Positions 60,076-64,000 of a DNA stretch of 64,000 nucleotides are shown one piece after another. The stretch is from the NCBI RefSeq assembly GCF_001677475.2, contig NZ_CP015229.1. One strand, 5' to 3'. Below the pieces are notes generated by a model that saw only the letters and a list, made by a program, of their open reading frames with translations, was not told the origin of the DNA and ran no database searches. Numbering within the stretch: the stretch's first letter is position 1; each line of letters begins with the position of its first letter. This DNA is from Escherichia coli (GTDB lineage: Bacteria; Pseudomonadota; Gammaproteobacteria; Enterobacterales; Enterobacteriaceae). The translations under genes were made by a program, and so were the position numbers.

Positions 60076-61050
60076 ATGAACATCCTGATCATTGGGCGAA
60101 AATTTGAAGCTATCAGTGATGTGAAAACATATACGGAAATGTGGGCTTATAACCTGGCCTGCGCCTTTAGTGAGGCAGGGGTAACATTGCAATACCATCG
60201 TCCATATTCCCCCAGCGTCGAAAGCCCGGAGGATTATGTTGAAGCTGTGTTGACCGCTGCGACCTCGTGTTCTGCGAAAGCCATTTTAGCGCCAGGATTG
60301 CGGTATTTTACTACGGTGCCCAGGGAAATAGGCGTGCAACTGCGTCGTCGATTCACTGGATGGGTAGCCCAGGTATACGACGGTTCTATGCTGGATTCGG
60401 CACCAGTCGATATTACTTTTACTGTCCGCGATGATACCTGGCGGTACCTGGATAATCCCGGCAGGTTAGAGCGTCATAATCGCTTTAACAAACATGTTGG
60501 ATGGGCAGCGAATCAGGATCTGTTCCATCTGGAAACCAAAACAGACGATGTTCTGCGTATTTTTGTAGACCACGCTGCATTTGATGTTAGTGGTTTTGAT
60601 CACTCCTTAAGTATCCTTATGAACCTTCAGCGTCTGACCGTTCCGTATGAGGCCAGAACGTTGACTGATGACGGATTGGTTACCATTGATCCGGGGAATA
60701 TTTCGGTAATTCCATACAGACGGACGCCGGTGCCAGCAACCGAATTTGCAGCTGAATTGCGTAAGAGTGACGTTTTTATCGTTACGCATCCCGAAAGCCT
60801 TGGATTAACTGTTCTTGAGGCGGCAATGTGCGGGGCGTTGGTATTAACGCCTCCCGATTGCCTTCCGCCAGATCGCCTGGCTTTGGTGAACCATATGGTT
60901 ATCAAGTCGCGGATTGATTGGGATGAGGTTATTGCTCGCGTTGATCGCGTGAAAAATGCTGAAAAGGTCCAGTGTCACACCTGGTCGGCAATTGCGGAAA
61001 AGATGCTTGAGACGTTTATCACGCAGAAACCGTCGTGCGGTAACGGATAA
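60076..61050 (+). CDS. glycosyltransferase-like protein (GT-B C-terminal domain), downstream of ban
   Basis: 324 aa from ATG 60076 with GAGGAA RBS (alternative ATG 60052); motif HPESLGLTVLEAAMCGALVLTPP. Confidence 0.55.
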   Translation: MNILIIGRKFEAISDVKTYTEMWAYNLACAFSEAGVTLQYHRPYSPSVESPEDYVEAVLTAATSCSAKAILAPGLRYFTTVPREIGVQLRRRFTGWVAQVYDGSMLDSAPVDITFTVRDDTWRYLDNPGRLERHNRFNKHVGWAANQDLFHLETKTDDVLRIFVDHAAFDVSGFDHSLSILMNLQRLTVPYEARTLTDDGLVTIDPGNISVIPYRRTPVPATEFAAELRKSDVFIVTHPESLGLTVLEAAMCGALVLTPPDCLPPDRLALVNHMVIKSRIDWDEVIARVDRVKNAEKVQCHTWSAIAEKMLETFITQKPSCGNG

Positions 61051-61071
61051 AAATTGAACCCATTATAAAAG

Positions 61072-61095
61072 AAAAGCCCGATCGCCGGGCTTTTC
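61072..61095. terminator. bidirectional rho-independent terminator
   Basis: AAAAGCCCG-ATCGC-CGGGCTTTT between convergent genes. Confidence 0.5.

Positions 61096-64000
<2,905 letters not shown>

Overview
Chimeric mobile-element window of enterobacterial character, read from translations and motifs only (no database search was run; family assignments are from memory). Bases 1 to about 31943 are a Mu-like transposable prophage, seen from the 3' end of transposase A through B, a semi-essential early region (gam, gemA, mor), a lysis block with a GH108-type endolysin, terminase/portal/head genes (F, I, T), contractile tail and baseplate genes, two tandem tail-fibre/chaperone pairs and com-mom, ending in a right end with a TGAAG terminus and repeated TCAAGATA-type sites. 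Bases about 31944 to 64000 are a P1-family phage-plasmid segment: AT-rich sim-like genes, immI (c4-icd-ant), the kilA-repL lytic replicon, an AT-rich DUF3800-like two-gene module, structural genes including the sheath, parS-parB-parA, repA flanked by incA/incC iterons and an oriR with five GATC sites and DnaA boxes, an RdgC-like gene, a bifunctional C5/N6 DNA methyltransferase interrupted by a LAGLIDADG intein, a tRNA-Asn/Thr/CAU cluster with a TerB-like gene, the DnaB-like helicase ban, and baseplate genes. The Mu-like element appears to have inserted into the P1-like genome and truncated a gene. The strongest candidates for something undescribed are the DUF3800-like module, the intein in the methyltransferase, and a family of repeated structured elements beside the tRNA cluster.
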